Source: a virus
DNA: 64,000 nt
IMG/VR virus record: IMGVR_UViG_3300047557_002984
Coordinates: 10,322 to 74,321 of that record
Strand: one strand, 5' to 3'
The notes under the pieces were generated by a model. The model was not told where the DNA came from. It saw only the letters and a list, made by a program, of their open reading frames with translations, and made no database searches. Shown here in pieces: positions 62,698 through 64,000 of the stretch. The translations under genes and the position numbers were made by a program. How positions within the stretch are numbered: position 1 is the first letter of the stretch; every line of letters starts with the position of its first letter.

Positions 62698-64000
62698 TAG
62701 CTCACCTCACGATTGCGGCGCGCTTCCTGGTTGGCGCGGATAATCACACGGCGTCCGTCATCAGTGGACGCAGCCACGTCCAGCAATTTGCTTGCCGTAT
62801 CGCTGCCCACCGTCCACAACGGCCCTTGCAGGTTGATCACGATGGGCGCGCCTTCTGCCGCGCGTCGTCCGGTTGTGACCAACCCACCCAGCGCGAACGC
62901 CTGCCCGCCGTCCGGCGTCGGTGCGCCGCCTCCTGGCACGCCTGCCCGCGCAAACACATCACTCCCCGCCATTGCGGCGATTGCTTGTTGATGCCGCACC
63001 GTTAAGACCATTTCGCCCGGTGAGAGCCACGAGAGCACGGTGTCACGGCCCGGCGTGGGCGTGCCCGGTACGATGCCGCCAAAGGCAAACTCTGGCACCA
63101 ACCGCGCCGCCGTTTTCGCACGCGTGGCTTGTTTTTGCACTTCAGGGATGACCTCTTTCTCAAAGAGCGCTTGCAAGTCGCGCGTTTGGTTCTTCAACCG
63201 GCTTTCACGCACGGATTTTGTTTTCAGCGTGCCAATTTGTTGCTTGAACACGTCCAGAATGTCGCGGTTGAATAACTCCCGCGCCTGGGAGACTGTCACC
63301 TGTATCTGGTCGGTTTCGACCTGCTTGCGCAGATCACGGATGCCGTCAATGGCTTGCTGCAAGAAATCGCCGGATGATCTTTCATCGCGGCGGCGTTGCC
63401 GTGCGCGGCCTAACAGGAAGATTGCCGGAAGCGCAGCGGCAGCGGCAATCGCTGTGATCGGATTGCTAAACAGAGGGGCAAGGAAACCAAGAGATGACAG
63501 CGCTCCCCCCGTCCCGATAATTGCAGGAGCAGCCGTAAGGCCAACGCCTAACAACCCGCCTGCGATGCCACCTAAGACGGACGTAAGACGATCTGTGCCC
63601 AATCCCGCGCCAAGTGAAGCGCCAAGCAACGGCAATGCACCAGCAAGCGCACCGCCGCCGCTCCCTTTAGGCAATCCGAAACCGATCCCCTTGAACAGAC
63701 CTGAGAAGTTTTGCCCTAGCAGACCTAAGAACCCTTTAGAGCCTCCCCCGGAAAGAGAAATGGCGGTCTGGATTCCTTGTGATGTTGTAGACACAGGACT
63801 GGGCAAAATCGGCAAGTCTATGCCGGACGCTGAGCGCGGCGCGCTGATCGCGGAAAATCCCTGCGAAAGAATGTTTCCGATTCCGGCTGTCGCTAGGGAA
63901 AGCGGATTCGCCGACGATGCAGCACCGCCACCGCGCCCGCCTCTGAAAATATTGGCAATCTGGCTAAAGAAGCCGCCGCCGCCACCACCTCCCCCTGTGC
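62697..64000 (-). CDS. tail tape measure protein, C-terminal part (truncated)
   Basis: Frame open to the window edge; Gly/Ala/Leu-rich; FAFGG.VPG...D.V..WLSPGEMVL. Confidence 0.85.
   Translation of the reverse strand, partial: TGGGGGGGGFFSQIANIFRGGRGGGAASSANPLSLATAGIGNILSQGFSAISAPRSASGIDLPILPSPVSTTSQGIQTAISLSGGGSKGFLGLLGQNFSGLFKGIGFGLPKGSGGGALAGALPLLGASLGAGLGTDRLTSVLGGIAGGLLGVGLTAAPAIIGTGGALSSLGFLAPLFSNPITAIAAAAALPAIFLLGRARQRRRDERSSGDFLQQAIDGIRDLRKQVETDQIQVTVSQARELFNRDILDVFKQQIGTLKTKSVRESRLKNQTRDLQALFEKEVIPEVQKQATRAKTAARLVPEFAFGGIVPGTPTPGRDTVLSWLSPGEMVLTVRHQQAIAAMAGSDVFARAGVPGGGAPTPDGGQAFALGGLVTTGRRAAEGAPIVINLQGPLWTVGSDTASKLLDVAASTDDGRRVIIRANQEARRNREVS

Noticed and set aside
62-63151. Most overlapping opposite-strand ORFs in the six-frame track
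   Set aside because: Arg/Pro/Ser-rich shadows of GC-rich genes, without RBS or recognisable motifs.

Overview
The whole window is one GC-rich tailed-phage (siphovirus-like) genome or prophage segment, cut inside the major capsid gene on the left and inside the tape-measure gene on the right. Layout: minus-strand head/packaging genes (1-6.7 kb); membrane and lysis-type genes (6.8-10.4 kb); small accessory operons, one with an AcrIII-1/DUF1874 ring nuclease (10.4-19.4 kb); minus-strand DNA metabolism and replication (19.4-34.9 kb: beta-clamp, DUF5131, HNH, split C5 methyltransferase, dCTP deaminase, primase-helicase, O-like initiator with iterons); divergent promoters at about 35 kb; a plus-strand early operon (35.4-45 kb: Rad52/Sak-like annealase, SSB, tyrosine recombinase, many small ORFs); minus-strand genes for exported and fibre-like proteins (45-51 kb); a plus-strand cassette array (51.2-54.7 kb); and tail genes (54.7-64 kb). 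A TIGR03437-like domain suggests an Acidobacteriota host (inference). The most striking unexplained structure is a modular gene-cassette system. Five near-identical 18-nt RBS/stop/start junction repeats chain six genes. Promoter, hairpin and RBS parts are re-used across loci, some cassettes are flanked by short direct repeats, and four accessory operons each pair a promoter-embedded operator with a small DNA-binding gene at or near the end (acr-aca-like). All family calls come from reading motifs by eye; no database search was run.
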